A DNA stretch of 64,000 bases from positions 11,330-75,329 of the IMG/VR virus record IMGVR_UViG_3300046455_000477, one strand, 5' to 3'. Numbering within the stretch: the first letter of the stretch is position 1; each line of letters begins with the position of its first letter. The notes below the pieces were generated by a model. It did no database searches, was not told the DNA's origin, and saw only the letters and a list, made by a program, of their open reading frames with translations. The translations under genes were made by a program, and so were the position numbers. This document shows, in pieces, positions 19,720 to 29,695 of this stretch. Source of the stretch: a virus.

Positions 19720-20127
19720 ATGGCGATTCAGTACAGTGGTCTGCTGCAAGGCGGACAGTTGGGGGTGATCAACACGCAAATGGGAGCGTCCGCTGGCACC
19801 ATAATCATCTATAACACCGGGGCAGTGGCGCATGCTGATACCGTGACCGGTCCGACTGGACCGCTGGTCACGATCACGGTGCCTGGAACGCCGATGACGA
19901 TCACCAACGGCACAACGACCGCGGCAGCGGTCGCCAATCAGACAACGACTCCCTGGACCGGCGTTGCCTCCGGCACCGGCGTCGCATTGTCTTGGCGCAT
20001 GTTCAACAACGGCGGGACCTGCGTCATTCAGGGTAACATGAGTGATCTTGTGCTAAACAACACCAGCATCAATTCAGGTCAGACAGTGACCGTTACGCAG
20101 TTCCAGATCACCGCCGGGAACTGGTAG
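19720..20127 (+). CDS. Small beta-sandwich filament subunit-like protein
   Basis: GAGGAG RBS and ATG 19720 (MAIQYS); GTGVALSWRM...CVIQG..SDLVLNNTSINSGQTVTVTQFQIT. Confidence 0.65.
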   Translation: MAIQYSGLLQGGQLGVINTQMGASAGTIIIYNTGAVAHADTVTGPTGPLVTITVPGTPMTITNGTTTAAAVANQTTTPWTGVASGTGVALSWRMFNNGGTCVIQGNMSDLVLNNTSINSGQTVTVTQFQITAGNW

Positions 20128-20453
20128 TGACCGAGTTCGTCTCCGGCAACATCTTTATTCGCAAGATGTTTGAGTTCGTCGATGCCGGGACGGTCAATCC
20201 ACCGCACGCGCATAACTTTGACCACACGACGTTCGTGTTCACGGGAGCCGTGCATGTCAAAGCAGAGACACCTGATGGTCGAAAAATAGAGCACGATTTT
20301 CATGCGCCAACCAGCTTCCTTGTGAAGGCCAATGTCTTACATGAAATAACGGCGTTGGAGAACGGTACGACGGTTTGGTGCGTCTATAGTCATCGAACGC
20401 CACAAGGCGACATTACGCAGGAATGGACAGGTTGGGAACAAGGGACCTGGTGA
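20127..20453 (+). CDS. Cupin-fold protein
   Basis: HAHNFDHTT..FTGAVHV and HEITALE cupin metal motifs. Confidence 0.75.
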   Translation: MTEFVSGNIFIRKMFEFVDAGTVNPPHAHNFDHTTFVFTGAVHVKAETPDGRKIEHDFHAPTSFLVKANVLHEITALENGTTVWCVYSHRTPQGDITQEWTGWEQGTW

Positions 20454-20878
20454 TGGCGGAACTCCTTGTATTCGCGACCGACACGACCGGCGATGATGTT
20501 TATAAAAACGCCAAGCTGCCCAAGATCGGTCATGTGATTCATGTCGCCGAGGACGGTTGGAACTGGGGGCTGGAGGAACTGTCCAACGTGGCGTTCCGGA
20601 TCGTCAAGGTGCCCGGTGCGACAGTTGAGACGTTTCAGCATCTGTTGTCGTGGGAGCAACCGACCGTGCCGCTGCCGCCGAACGAGAGTGCGGCGTCACT
20701 GACAAACACACTGCAACACCGGGGCTTTCGCATCGATCCCGCGCTCCTCCCACCGGTCGCGCGAACCTCCTTTACCGAGGGTGAAAGGCCGAGTGAGTTT
20801 GTTGAACTGGAGGAGACAATCGTGCTCGATGCCGTGGCGGTCAATCCGCCAATAGACGATCCCGCCGTGATCGGCTGA
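20453..20878 (+). CDS. Hypothetical protein
   Basis: ATG 20453 overlaps the previous stop (MAELLVF...); operonic. Confidence 0.6.
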   Translation: MAELLVFATDTTGDDVYKNAKLPKIGHVIHVAEDGWNWGLEELSNVAFRIVKVPGATVETFQHLLSWEQPTVPLPPNESAASLTNTLQHRGFRIDPALLPPVARTSFTEGERPSEFVELEETIVLDAVAVNPPIDDPAVIG

Positions 20879-20879
20879 C

Positions 20880-23800
20880 ATGCCAACCGCCGTCGTTAAA
20901 ACAATCGGAAGCGCAGGAGGGCGTGATTACAGCACGATCTCCGCGTGGATAGCGGGGCTCTCGACGTTCGCGCCGACCGGGAGTCTGGTCACCGCCGACA
21001 TCACTTACGAAGGACAGTGCTACAACGACGGTCAGTTCTACGAGACAAATTGCACACTTGCCGGACATACGACTGACGCTACGCACACGATCACGCTGAC
21101 GGCGGCGTCGGGAGAATCGTTCCAGGACAATGCTGGTGCTCAGACCAACGCTCTGCGATCCGACCGGACCAATGGTGTCGAGGTTATCAACAGCGGCGGA
21201 TACACAAGCTGGTATATTTTCAATTGGTCTGACACGAACGTAACGATTTCCAGACTGCAAATTCGCAGCGTGGGTCCGACACGAGGAGTTAACCTCGGCT
21301 CCAACGGAGTATCCTGTCGGAATTGCATCATCGAGGCGCCTACGTTCCCGGCGGTAAACGGCAACTACTATAATTGTTCGCTTGTTGTGTATACGAACTT
21401 TCCCGCGCTGGCGGGATCGTCCCCCAGCACGGTTGTCAATTGCACCCTGGTAAAGTCTACTGACTCGGTCTCGTCGACCACCGCGCTGACGACCGGATAC
21501 GGCGCGGCCTACGTCATGAAAAATTGCGCGGTCTTCGGTTTCGCCAGCATTGTCGGCGGTGCGTCGGTAACCGCCGCCAACTGCATGACCGACTGCGCCA
21601 GCGCGCCAACCGGCTTCGCGACGAGCAAGACCTACGCCAGCCAGTTCGTCGATACCGGCACGACGCTGGCCAATCGCGACTATCGCGCGAAGACCGGCGC
21701 CGATCTGCTCGACGCGGGCGCGACCTATACGACGGATATTCCAGCCGCTGACGACATCGTGAAGACCGCGCGTCCGCAAGGCGCGGCCTGGGACATCGGT
21801 TGCTGGGAGCTCGCACCGACTGGCCCGCCGCCGACGTATCCGACGCTCACCAGCACGCTTGCAAGCATTGCGCAACCTGATGCGTTAACAACCGGTCGTG
21901 GAATCGTTGCTAATCCAGCGACAGCACAGACATTTTACGTGTTGGCAACGAATGCCGTTACACCGAATTTCTTTGGCAACATGCAACAAGGCGGGTCAGC
22001 GCCAACCGCCGCTAACAGTGCCTTCGGTTGGGTGCCTTCGACAGCGAATCTATCTAGTCCATACTATCGTGGTCGTCTTGGCGCTGTTGGCACAACAGCA
22101 ACCGGTCAATCGGCAAGCTATAATGCATCAACCAGTGGACCGACGGCGGGCACAGGGACGGCGGCGACGACGGCGGGCGACAGTTTCGTTGCTGGTCCAC
22201 TTACCGGCACGTTCTCGTCGGGGGTTTGGAACTATACTCTCAACCTGCGCGCCTCCATCGCTGGTGCGGTCGGACACGTCAACGTACGCACCTGGAGATC
22301 AGTCAACGCCAATGGCGCCAGCGCCACGCAAATCATAGCAAACACAGCTGGCGCGATTGTCACGCTGAGCACGACGGCAGACGTCAACAGCGGCATAACA
22401 TACAATCCTGGCGCGCTCACGTTTAATAACGAATATTTGTTTTTCCAAACCGAGTGGCAGGAAACCACCAAGGGCACGACGACAAATAACAATGTGTTGT
22501 TCCGCGCTGGAACAACATCGATCACAACGGCACCATTCGCAGCCGCTGTTGGCATCGGTCCCTCCGCTGGCGCGCTGGCGTCGATTGAACGGCCGGACAC
22601 ACAGGTCGCAACTGGCACGGTCGCTGATCCCTTGCCGCTGCTCACGGCAACGCTGGCGGTCACGGAACTGCCTGATGCGCTCGCTGGTTTTGGAACTGTC
22701 GGAACCGCGCTGCCGACGATCACCGGCACACTGGCGGTTACGCAAGCCGATCAGGGACTGGTGGCGACCGGTCGGGTCGGTAGTTACCTCGTCTCGTCGT
22801 TCACCATCACCTCTTCACAGAATGACTTCGACGGTCTTGTCGGATGCATGTTCCAACTGACAGCCAACCAGACGTTTGATAATGTTGGGTTGCTGTGGCG
22901 ATCCTGGAATTTTGGCACCATTAATTTCGCGTATGGCACATGGGGCGGCGGCAGTCTTACGATCCTGAATGAAACCGCCGTTGATATGAGCAGCGGCGTC
23001 AATGGTAGATTCAATTATAAACCGGTCGCTCCATTCACGCTGACGGCGGGCGTGCAGTACTTCATCGCCAGACGCGTTGTGAATGGCGATGGCAATTCAT
23101 CAAACCATGGTCCCGTCACGCTGAACAACGCGACCGGAGTCAACGGTGTCTACAGCGTAGGGACTTCGCTCGCCGGAACGATTTTCGCCGCGGACACGAT
23201 GTTTGGTGCCGAGGACCTGGCGCTCTTCGGCGCGGCCCCAACAACGATAACCGGCACGCTCAACGTAACTCAGGCGAGCCAGACCATATCGGCGCAGGGG
23301 CGCGTCCTTGTCACCGGCACGCTGGCGGTCGCGCAACAGGCGCAGACGATCAGCGCGCAGGCAGCGGTCAGGGTTGATGCAATCCTCTCGCAGGCGCAGG
23401 CAGCGCAGGCGTTGGCTGGTCAGGGTCGCGTCGCAATCGCGGCCACGCTCAGCCAGGCGCAAGCACCGCAGACCATCAGCGCCATTGGCCAGATCTCGCT
23501 GGCTGCCGCGTTGGCGACTACGCAGCAACCGCAGACGATCAGCGCGCAGGCCGCTGTCAGGATAACCGCGACTCTTGCCCAGACCCAGCAACCGCAGACA
23601 CTGGCGGCAACTGGTCTGGTTCCGGCGTTCGGGACGCTCGTCCAGACCCAGCAACCGCAGACGCTGCTCGGGGCTGGCTCGGTCGTCAGTCCAGGCGCGG
23701 CGACAGGCACACTCGCCGTCACGCAAGCCCCGCAGACACTGCTTGCGACGGGTCAGACGACCATCGCGGGCGCGCTGACGTCCACAGGGGCCGCACAGAC

Positions 23801-24434
23801 CCTGGCAGGTCTGGGTGGGGTATCCGTATCGGCGGGTCTGGTCACGACGCAAGCGGGGCACGCAAGCGCCGCGCAGGGCCGAGTCTCCATTGGCGCGACG
23901 CTGGCGCAGACGCAGGCCGATCAGACCATCATCGCCAGCGCGGCGGTCAGGATATCCGCGACGCTGGCGCAGGCGCAGCAACCCCAGACACTGCTCGCGC
24001 GCGGCACGGTCCCTGGCGTGGCCACGCTTCGCGTCACGCAAGACCCACAGACGCTATCCGGCTTCGCAATCGTCGCGACCGGCATAGCCGCCAGCCTGAC
24101 CGTCACGCAAGCGCCGCAAACGTTGAACGCACAAGGTGCGGTGCGTATTGGTGCGATTCTAAACGTTTCACAATCAAATCAGGCATTCCTTGGGTCCGGC
24201 GGTTCGATCGTTACCGGCGCGGCGGCGCAGACGCAGCAGCCGCAGACGATCAGCGCGCAGGGTCGCGTCCGCTTGTCGGCTCTGCTTGCGGTTGTGCAAG
24301 ATTCTCAGATCGTGCTGGCAAGAGGGGATGTCCGCATAGATGGTGGACTGGCAGCGACACAGGCCGGTCAATCATTGGTTTCGCGCGCGCACGTAGGATC
24401 ATCCTATGCCGCTCGCGTTATGGTAATGGCTTAA
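20880..24434 (+). CDS. Large virion filament protein: N-terminal beta-helix-like domain plus about 21-aa tandem repeats
   Basis: NCxx repeats and WDIGCWE; about 18 consecutive units like ITATLAQTQQPQTLAATGLVP in the C-terminal third. Confidence 0.75.
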   Translation: MPTAVVKTIGSAGGRDYSTISAWIAGLSTFAPTGSLVTADITYEGQCYNDGQFYETNCTLAGHTTDATHTITLTAASGESFQDNAGAQTNALRSDRTNGVEVINSGGYTSWYIFNWSDTNVTISRLQIRSVGPTRGVNLGSNGVSCRNCIIEAPTFPAVNGNYYNCSLVVYTNFPALAGSSPSTVVNCTLVKSTDSVSSTTALTTGYGAAYVMKNCAVFGFASIVGGASVTAANCMTDCASAPTGFATSKTYASQFVDTGTTLANRDYRAKTGADLLDAGATYTTDIPAADDIVKTARPQGAAWDIGCWELAPTGPPPTYPTLTSTLASIAQPDALTTGRGIVANPATAQTFYVLATNAVTPNFFGNMQQGGSAPTAANSAFGWVPSTANLSSPYYRGRLGAVGTTATGQSASYNASTSGPTAGTGTAATTAGDSFVAGPLTGTFSSGVWNYTLNLRASIAGAVGHVNVRTWRSVNANGASATQIIANTAGAIVTLSTTADVNSGITYNPGALTFNNEYLFFQTEWQETTKGTTTNNNVLFRAGTTSITTAPFAAAVGIGPSAGALASIERPDTQVATGTVADPLPLLTATLAVTELPDALAGFGTVGTALPTITGTLAVTQADQGLVATGRVGSYLVSSFTITSSQNDFDGLVGCMFQLTANQTFDNVGLLWRSWNFGTINFAYGTWGGGSLTILNETAVDMSSGVNGRFNYKPVAPFTLTAGVQYFIARRVVNGDGNSSNHGPVTLNNATGVNGVYSVGTSLAGTIFAADTMFGAEDLALFGAAPTTITGTLNVTQASQTISAQGRVLVTGTLAVAQQAQTISAQAAVRVDAILSQAQAAQALAGQGRVAIAATLSQAQAPQTISAIGQISLAAALATTQQPQTISAQAAVRITATLAQTQQPQTLAATGLVPAFGTLVQTQQPQTLLGAGSVVSPGAATGTLAVTQAPQTLLATGQTTIAGALTSTGAAQTLAGLGGVSVSAGLVTTQAGHASAAQGRVSIGATLAQTQADQTIIASAAVRISATLAQAQQPQTLLARGTVPGVATLRVTQDPQTLSGFAIVATGIAASLTVTQAPQTLNAQGAVRIGAILNVSQSNQAFLGSGGSIVTGAAAQTQQPQTISAQGRVRLSALLAVVQDSQIVLARGDVRIDGGLAATQAGQSLVSRAHVGSSYAARVMVMA

Positions 24435-24442
24435 CAAGGAGA

Positions 24443-24673
24443 ATGACAATGCTACAGGCACAGGACAAAGTCTCGATCACTCTCGAAGTGCAGTACTGGA
24501 ACGCGGTGCTGGAGGCTCTGAATAGCGCACCATATCGCGTCGCCGCACCGATCATTGGTGAGCTCGTGAGGCAGTACAACGAAGCCAATGCCGCCAGCGA
24601 GCAGCCGCCGGGATCAGTTCCGCAGTTAAGGAACGGCAACGGCAAGGATGCGCCGATCGTGCTGGATAACTGA
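24443..24673 (+). CDS. Small helical protein (fibre chaperone-like)
   Basis: AAGGAG RBS; ITLEVQYWNAVLEALNSAPYRVAAPII. Confidence 0.6.
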   Translation: MTMLQAQDKVSITLEVQYWNAVLEALNSAPYRVAAPIIGELVRQYNEANAASEQPPGSVPQLRNGNGKDAPIVLDN

Positions 24674-24677
24674 GCCG

Positions 24678-25421
24678 ATGCCAAACAGCATGGTGATCGA
24701 TCTGTCGCATTGGAACGAGGTGACGGACTGGCACGCCGTCGCGCGGAGCGGCGTCCTAGGTGTTGTTCACAAATTCAGCGAGGGGACGAGCTACCGGGAT
24801 CCGATGTACGAGAAGGCGCGGGCGGGCGCGAAGTCGGCGGGTCTCCTGTTCGGACGCTACCACTTCGCCAACGGCAACGATGTCAAGGCACAGGTCAAGA
24901 ACTTTATGGTCGGAGCGGCACCAGACGAGTTGCTGGCGCTCGATTGGGAGGACACCTCGCCAAGGATGTCCCTGTCGCAAGCCGTCGCGTTTGTGCAAGA
25001 GGTGCAGCAACTGACCGGTAGCTGGCCCGTCGTCTACAGCGGCAACACCGCCAAGGAGGCGCTTGGCAGCACACCAAACCCGGTCCTGGCCAAGTGCCGC
25101 CTATGGCTGGCGCAGTACAGCAGCAAGCCGGTCACGCCCCCCGGCTGGGCCATCCCCTGGCTGTGGCAGTGGACCGACGCGGGGACGATCGCGGGCATCG
25201 TCGGCGGCGTTGATCTTGACGCCTACGGCGCGACGGCTGACCGGCTGGCTGACGAATGGGCTGATGGCAGGGCGCAACCTGAAATCGAGCCTGAGCCGCC
25301 TGACCCAGGCCGCGATCCGTCCGACGTTGTGACGCTGACAGTGACCATTCCGGCAGGCAGCAGAGTCGTTGTAAGGACGACAGGCGACAACGACAACATC
25401 GTCATGAACGACAGTTGCTGA
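24678..25421 (+). CDS. Endolysin, GH25 muramidase
   Basis: IDLSHWN, KFSEG, GRYHF, ALDWE, LWLAQY, WLWQWT and VDLD motifs. Confidence 0.92.
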   Translation: MPNSMVIDLSHWNEVTDWHAVARSGVLGVVHKFSEGTSYRDPMYEKARAGAKSAGLLFGRYHFANGNDVKAQVKNFMVGAAPDELLALDWEDTSPRMSLSQAVAFVQEVQQLTGSWPVVYSGNTAKEALGSTPNPVLAKCRLWLAQYSSKPVTPPGWAIPWLWQWTDAGTIAGIVGGVDLDAYGATADRLADEWADGRAQPEIEPEPPDPGRDPSDVVTLTVTIPAGSRVVVRTTGDNDNIVMNDSC

Positions 25422-25422
25422 A

Positions 25423-26034
25423 ATGCCTGATCCAGCTGCCGCGGCGGGAATCCTGGATCGGGTCCTGAAGTTCATCGACGCGCCGTGGAAAGCGCTGGTC
25501 GTCTTTGGCCTGATCCTGACGCTTGGCGGTGGCTGGGTGCTTTACGAGAAACGCAACGAATTATTCGAGGCGTGGCTGACGCCTGATCAGCCGCAACTGA
25601 AAACCGGCGACGTGCCGGAGGCGCTGACTAAACTCGCCAGCGAAACGAATGCCGACATGGTGCAGATATGGGCGGTTGATCTTGCGTCGAACTCGCAGTG
25701 GTTCCTTGGCGCCAGACGCCACGACGGCGAGCGGCCAGTGGTGCCGTCACCCAGGCGTCTGCCGATCATCGACCAGACATCGGATGTGAAACGGCTTGTC
25801 GATGTGCTGGAAGGCCATCCGATCTGTGTTGACCTGCATCGGGACGGCACGCCGGTCGCGCGACGATTGGCGGAACGGGGAATGAAGCGCGGCTGTGCCG
25901 TCCCGATACCGCCTAACCCTGAAAGTTTTGTCGGCGTGATCTACCTCGTCTGGTCGGAGGCGACCGATGCCAGCAATGAAAATGTCGCCGTCGGGGCAGC
26001 CAGGGAGATCGCGAAGCGGTTGGCGACGCATTAG
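25423..26034 (+). CDS. Holin with one TM helix and a GAF-like periplasmic domain (T4 T-like)
   Basis: Adjacent to the endolysin; GILDRVLK amphipathic helix, one TM segment, ADMVQIWAV...CAVPI...FVGVIYLVW...AAREIA. Confidence 0.65.
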   Translation: MPDPAAAAGILDRVLKFIDAPWKALVVFGLILTLGGGWVLYEKRNELFEAWLTPDQPQLKTGDVPEALTKLASETNADMVQIWAVDLASNSQWFLGARRHDGERPVVPSPRRLPIIDQTSDVKRLVDVLEGHPICVDLHRDGTPVARRLAERGMKRGCAVPIPPNPESFVGVIYLVWSEATDASNENVAVGAAREIAKRLATH

Positions 26035-26199
26035 CAAACCGGTCGGACCGGTTCGCAGGGCCCAGGACGGCGTCGTGCCCGGACAACCCCCGTAGAGACC
26101 GCCCTGGGGATGCTGTGCGACCGGGGGAACCCGCCCCGATAGTAGCCCCGACCCCGGTTCCGGGGGTCGTGTGGACCCGATGCAGGAGGCGCGGCGGGG

Positions 26200-27693
26200 T
26201 CACTTGAGGTACCGCAGCCAGTCCCTGACACCATCGCCGTTCACGGCATCCGCGATCGTCTTCTTGCCTCGCAGGTTCTCCACGATGCGCTCCTCCACGG
26301 TCCGGGGGGTGATCATGTCGACGTAGAGGACCGGGCGGGTCTGTCCGTCGCGGTGGGCGCGGTCCTCCGACTGCAGCCGATGCTCCAGATTAAAGTCGTT
26401 GCTGTAGTAGACGACGTTGGCGGAGGCGGTCAGGGTGATCCCCATCCCCCCGGTCGCAGCGGTTCCAACGAAGCAGTGAGCATCGCCTTCCTGGAAGTCC
26501 ACCTTCGCTGCGGCTCTCTGATCGGCACTACAGAGGCCGTCGTAGCGGACCGACCTACGGGTGGGGAACCGCCGCTCCAGCTCCTGCAGCACGAGCGTGA
26601 CGTCTCTGCGGAAGGCGCACCAGACGATCACCTTGTCCCCCATCTCTTCAACGAGGTCCCCGAGCACCCTCGGACGGTTGGTCGGGATACCGTGGACGTC
26701 TCCGTTCTCGTCCACGAGGTGCCCGAGTATTATCTGGTGAAGCTTTAGCAGCCGATCCATGGCGTTCTTGGAGGAGCTCCACAGGCCGTTCTCAAGCTCC
26801 GCCGAGGCTAGCCTCGCCATTTCTCCGTAGAGCCGCGCCTGCTCGGGCGTGAGCTCCACCTCCTGCTGACGATACGTCTTCGGGGGAAGGTCCAGGCACT
26901 CCTCCTTCAGGACGCGGTAGGAGTGCCGCGCCAGCCGCCGCTCGAGAACGTCCAGGTTCCGAGCACCAACGACCTTGAACACGTACTTGGATCGGGCGGG
27001 CGCTCCGTTGGCCGTCGGTTTCCCCATGCCGATTCGGACCTGCTCCAGCTCGCAGAACCGTGCCCGGAATCCGTAGTAGTTCTCGGCAAACTCCTCGTGC
27101 ACGCCGAGGAACTTCATCTGCGACCAGAGGTCCAGCGGGCTCTTCGTGACCGGTGAACCGGTCATTATCCGGCGCACGACGCAGAGCTTCCCGAGCCGTA
27201 TCGCTGCCTTGGTCCGGATGGAGCCCTCGTCCTTGATCTTGGTGGACTCGTCGACGACGAAGACGGTCCGGCCACCCCTCACGAAGTTCTCCGCCACCGT
27301 CATGGCGTCCCTCGACATGCTGAGCGCTTCGATGTTCATCGTCAGTATGCGGAGCGCGGGCGGATCGTCCAGCAGGTACCGCAGGGCATCCGTCTCCGCC
27401 TTTCTCCTTCCACCCCTCCACATGTGCGACTTGACGGGTAGGTCCGGGGGGAGGTTCTCGGGGAGGTGCTTCTCCGTCCAGTCTCCGTATGATCCTGCTC
27501 CAGAAACCACTAGGACACGGTCAATCTTCTTTTCGAGGTAGAGCTGGACGAACTCGTCACATGCTATCTTACTCTTTCCACCCCCCATGTCAATCAAGAA
27601 GGCAAATGCAACTCTATTGCGAGCAAGCCTGAGGGCTTCCCACTGATGGTTTCGTGGTTCTCGGGTTGGTGTAAATAGAAGAGGAACCTTCAT
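26200..27693 (-). CDS. SNF2-family helicase
   Basis: DMGGGKS, VVDEST, MTGSP, GGMGITLT and QSEDRAHR motifs. Confidence 0.92.
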   Translation of the reverse strand: MKVPLLFTPTREPRNHQWEALRLARNRVAFAFLIDMGGGKSKIACDEFVQLYLEKKIDRVLVVSGAGSYGDWTEKHLPENLPPDLPVKSHMWRGGRRKAETDALRYLLDDPPALRILTMNIEALSMSRDAMTVAENFVRGGRTVFVVDESTKIKDEGSIRTKAAIRLGKLCVVRRIMTGSPVTKSPLDLWSQMKFLGVHEEFAENYYGFRARFCELEQVRIGMGKPTANGAPARSKYVFKVVGARNLDVLERRLARHSYRVLKEECLDLPPKTYRQQEVELTPEQARLYGEMARLASAELENGLWSSSKNAMDRLLKLHQIILGHLVDENGDVHGIPTNRPRVLGDLVEEMGDKVIVWCAFRRDVTLVLQELERRFPTRRSVRYDGLCSADQRAAAKVDFQEGDAHCFVGTAATGGMGITLTASANVVYYSNDFNLEHRLQSEDRAHRDGQTRPVLYVDMITPRTVEERIVENLRGKKTIADAVNGDGVRDWLRYLK

Positions 27694-28202
27694 TTCGTCC
27701 TTCCGAATTCACCATGATATTTCCTGGAGGCCTCGGCGTAGACGGCAGCAGCCTCCTCCACTGTCTTGTGTCTTCCTAGATACGTCATCTTTCCCTTCCC
27801 GCCTTCGGGTCGCGGAACTCTTATCTGAGCGGTGTAGGATCCGTCCTCGTTTACGTGGACTCCCTTTACCCCGAGCTTGTTATTTATCTGGGCTCCTTTG
27901 TTCATGCCGTTTTGGCTTCTCGTAGCCGCCCTGAGATTATCTATCCTCATGTTATTTCTGTCCCCGTCGATGTGATCCACCTCCGGCGGCTCCTCGTTAT
28001 GCACCAGCTTATAGATGACTCTGCAGATCCTGTAGAACTTTCCCCTCCAGCGTATGTGCTGCTTTCTCTTCGTTCCAGCCCGATATCCGGCCTGAGCCCT
28101 TGCGTTAACCGATATCCTCCACGTCAATAATCCGGTGTCTGGCTCGTAAACAAAGAACTCCAGGAGTTCCTCCTGCGACGGCAGTGGCTTCGTCGGGTTC
28201 AC
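27690..28202 (-). CDS. HNH homing endonuclease with AP2-like DNA-binding domain
   Basis: VDHIDGDRNNMRIDNLRAATRSQN; GVKGV...YLG...EEAAAVY. Confidence 0.9.
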   Translation of the reverse strand: MNPTKPLPSQEELLEFFVYEPDTGLLTWRISVNARAQAGYRAGTKRKQHIRWRGKFYRICRVIYKLVHNEEPPEVDHIDGDRNNMRIDNLRAATRSQNGMNKGAQINNKLGVKGVHVNEDGSYTAQIRVPRPEGGKGKMTYLGRHKTVEEAAAVYAEASRKYHGEFGRTK

Positions 28203-28399
28203 AGCCCTCCATCCTCCGGCACGACAGTGACCTGATCCACACCATTATTGTTAAAGCAACGGAGGAACGACTGCCACTCTAGTTCAGTAAACACGAGTGT
28301 CCCGTTCAATGCATACGTGTTCATCACGAATTTAGCCGAGAATAATCGCGCGTAAATGTGTTCGCCGCGCCGCTCCCAGCGCACCCTGAAGTGTGTCAC
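28199..28399 (-). CDS. Hypothetical protein
   Basis: GTG start overlapping the upstream stop; THFRVRWERRGEHIYARLF. Confidence 0.55.
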   Translation of the reverse strand: MTHFRVRWERRGEHIYARLFSAKFVMNTYALNGTLVFTELEWQSFLRCFNNNGVDQVTVVPEDGGL

Positions 28400-28620
28400 G
28401 GCTTTCGCACTCCGTCCATGTGATTCGCCATGTCCTGATAGTGGTGGAGCCAGAACCGGAGCGTCTGCCACACCTCGGGCTCCATGCAGATAAAGTGATC
28501 GGTGCCTTCGCGCGGCGCTCGCAGTCGTATCTGGTATCCGTCGAACGACGCGTAGAGGCCGTCCCCTAGATACGTCTCGTCACCGGGGGGTGGAACGCGC
28601 TGTGCCTGTTCCTCGCTCAT
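28396..28620 (-). CDS. Conserved small phage protein
   Basis: ATG 28620; YLGDGLYASFDGYQIRL...I.MEPEV motif. Confidence 0.7.
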   Translation of the reverse strand: MSEEQAQRVPPPGDETYLGDGLYASFDGYQIRLRAPREGTDHFICMEPEVWQTLRFWLHHYQDMANHMDGVRKP

Positions 28621-29204
28621 GGCTTCACTCCCTCCAGGCGAACGTGACCGTGCCGAACGTCCCGACGCACGTTCCGCGCCGATACCCCCCGGTCCCGGCA
28701 CTGCTGAACGGTTTCGCCCACGCGCCACTTATCGAAGGAAATCGCCATCTCGCAACCGGCTCGGTGCGGGTTTGCGTCCCGGATCCACACCACGATCCGG
28801 GTGTCCGACCGTTTCGCGGGTCCTGTGGTCGGGCTACGCGTCGCCGGGGGGGAACCGGGTGGGGTAGGCCGACCGGAGGCGCGGGCCGCTGCAGCCTCCG
28901 CCTGAGCCGCCTCCACGGTTGGTCCCCAGGGAACGATCGGGCGGCCGATGAGTTTTTCGATGATCGGGCGAGCCGCTCCGCCCTCTCCAGCGAAGCTGAG
29001 GACGACGCGGGCGTGGTCCAGGCCGACGCTCCGGCAGGTTTCGAACAGTTGATCGGGGGTCTCGACGACTACCTCGTGTCCGTTGCTGTATTCTTCAACG
29101 TCAGCGCGCCACTTGTTCGTGACCTGGTCCCAGACGTACTCCACCTCCGACGGCGTTAGAGTGGCGAAGAGAGGGCGGTGCCGCTCCTGTAAGCGAGTTA
29201 TCAC
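28617..29204 (-). CDS. Hypothetical protein with C-terminal GxTV paralogous domain
   Basis: AAGAGGA RBS and GTG 29204; the frame is also open upstream to ATG 29699. Confidence 0.6.
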   Translation of the reverse strand: MITRLQERHRPLFATLTPSEVEYVWDQVTNKWRADVEEYSNGHEVVVETPDQLFETCRSVGLDHARVVLSFAGEGGAARPIIEKLIGRPIVPWGPTVEAAQAEAAAARASGRPTPPGSPPATRSPTTGPAKRSDTRIVVWIRDANPHRAGCEMAISFDKWRVGETVQQCRDRGVSARNVRRDVRHGHVRLEGVKP

Positions 29205-29221
29205 TGGTGGGTCCTCTTGGC

Positions 29222-29404
29222 TCAGCGCTCCGTGAAGTCGATCGGGAGCTGGTTGTTGATGCAGAAGTCGATCAGTCGCTGACGCGCCCGAACCATCTCC
29301 TTCGCCCAGGTTCCCGGCGAGCGAATGTGCTCCGCCGTGATCTGAGCCGCGTCCCTGTTGTAGTCCTGGAACGCTCTCCAGACCTCCTCGATGTGAACCG
29401 GCAT
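29222..29404 (-). CDS. Hypothetical 60 aa protein
   Basis: Strong AGAGGAGAG RBS before ATG 29404. Confidence 0.55.
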   Translation of the reverse strand: MPVHIEEVWRAFQDYNRDAAQITAEHIRSPGTWAKEMVRARQRLIDFCINNQLPIDFTER

Positions 29405-29695
29405 CCGTTCTCTCCTCTAATTGCAGTGACAGGCGGGCGCGCTCCGTGGCGGCCCGATACTCGTCGTCGCGTCGGCGGGCTTCAGCGACAGTGCACAGGT
29501 ATGGTCGGGTGTATCGGGACTCCTCGGACCCGACCTGGAACCGGCTGTTGCGCGAGAAGCGCTCGGCGCGACCGTCCTCGAAAACAACAACGACGACGGT
29601 GCGCGTGACGCGGTCGATCACGCCATACCAGCTCTTGTATCCTGAGCGGGCCGCGATACGCAGCCCAGGCTCAAAGGTGAGGTAGCTCGTTTCGA

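Noticed and set aside
23247-24396. Periodic DNA repeats (cagacgatcagcgcgcagg etc.) as a possible CRISPR array or DGR
   Set aside because: They are degenerate in-frame coding repeats of about 63 nt. No constant repeat with unique spacers, no cas genes and no reverse transcriptase were seen.
27690-28202. HNH gene as part of a self-splicing intron or intein
   Set aside because: It is free-standing between intact genes with 4-nt overlaps, and neither neighbour appears split.
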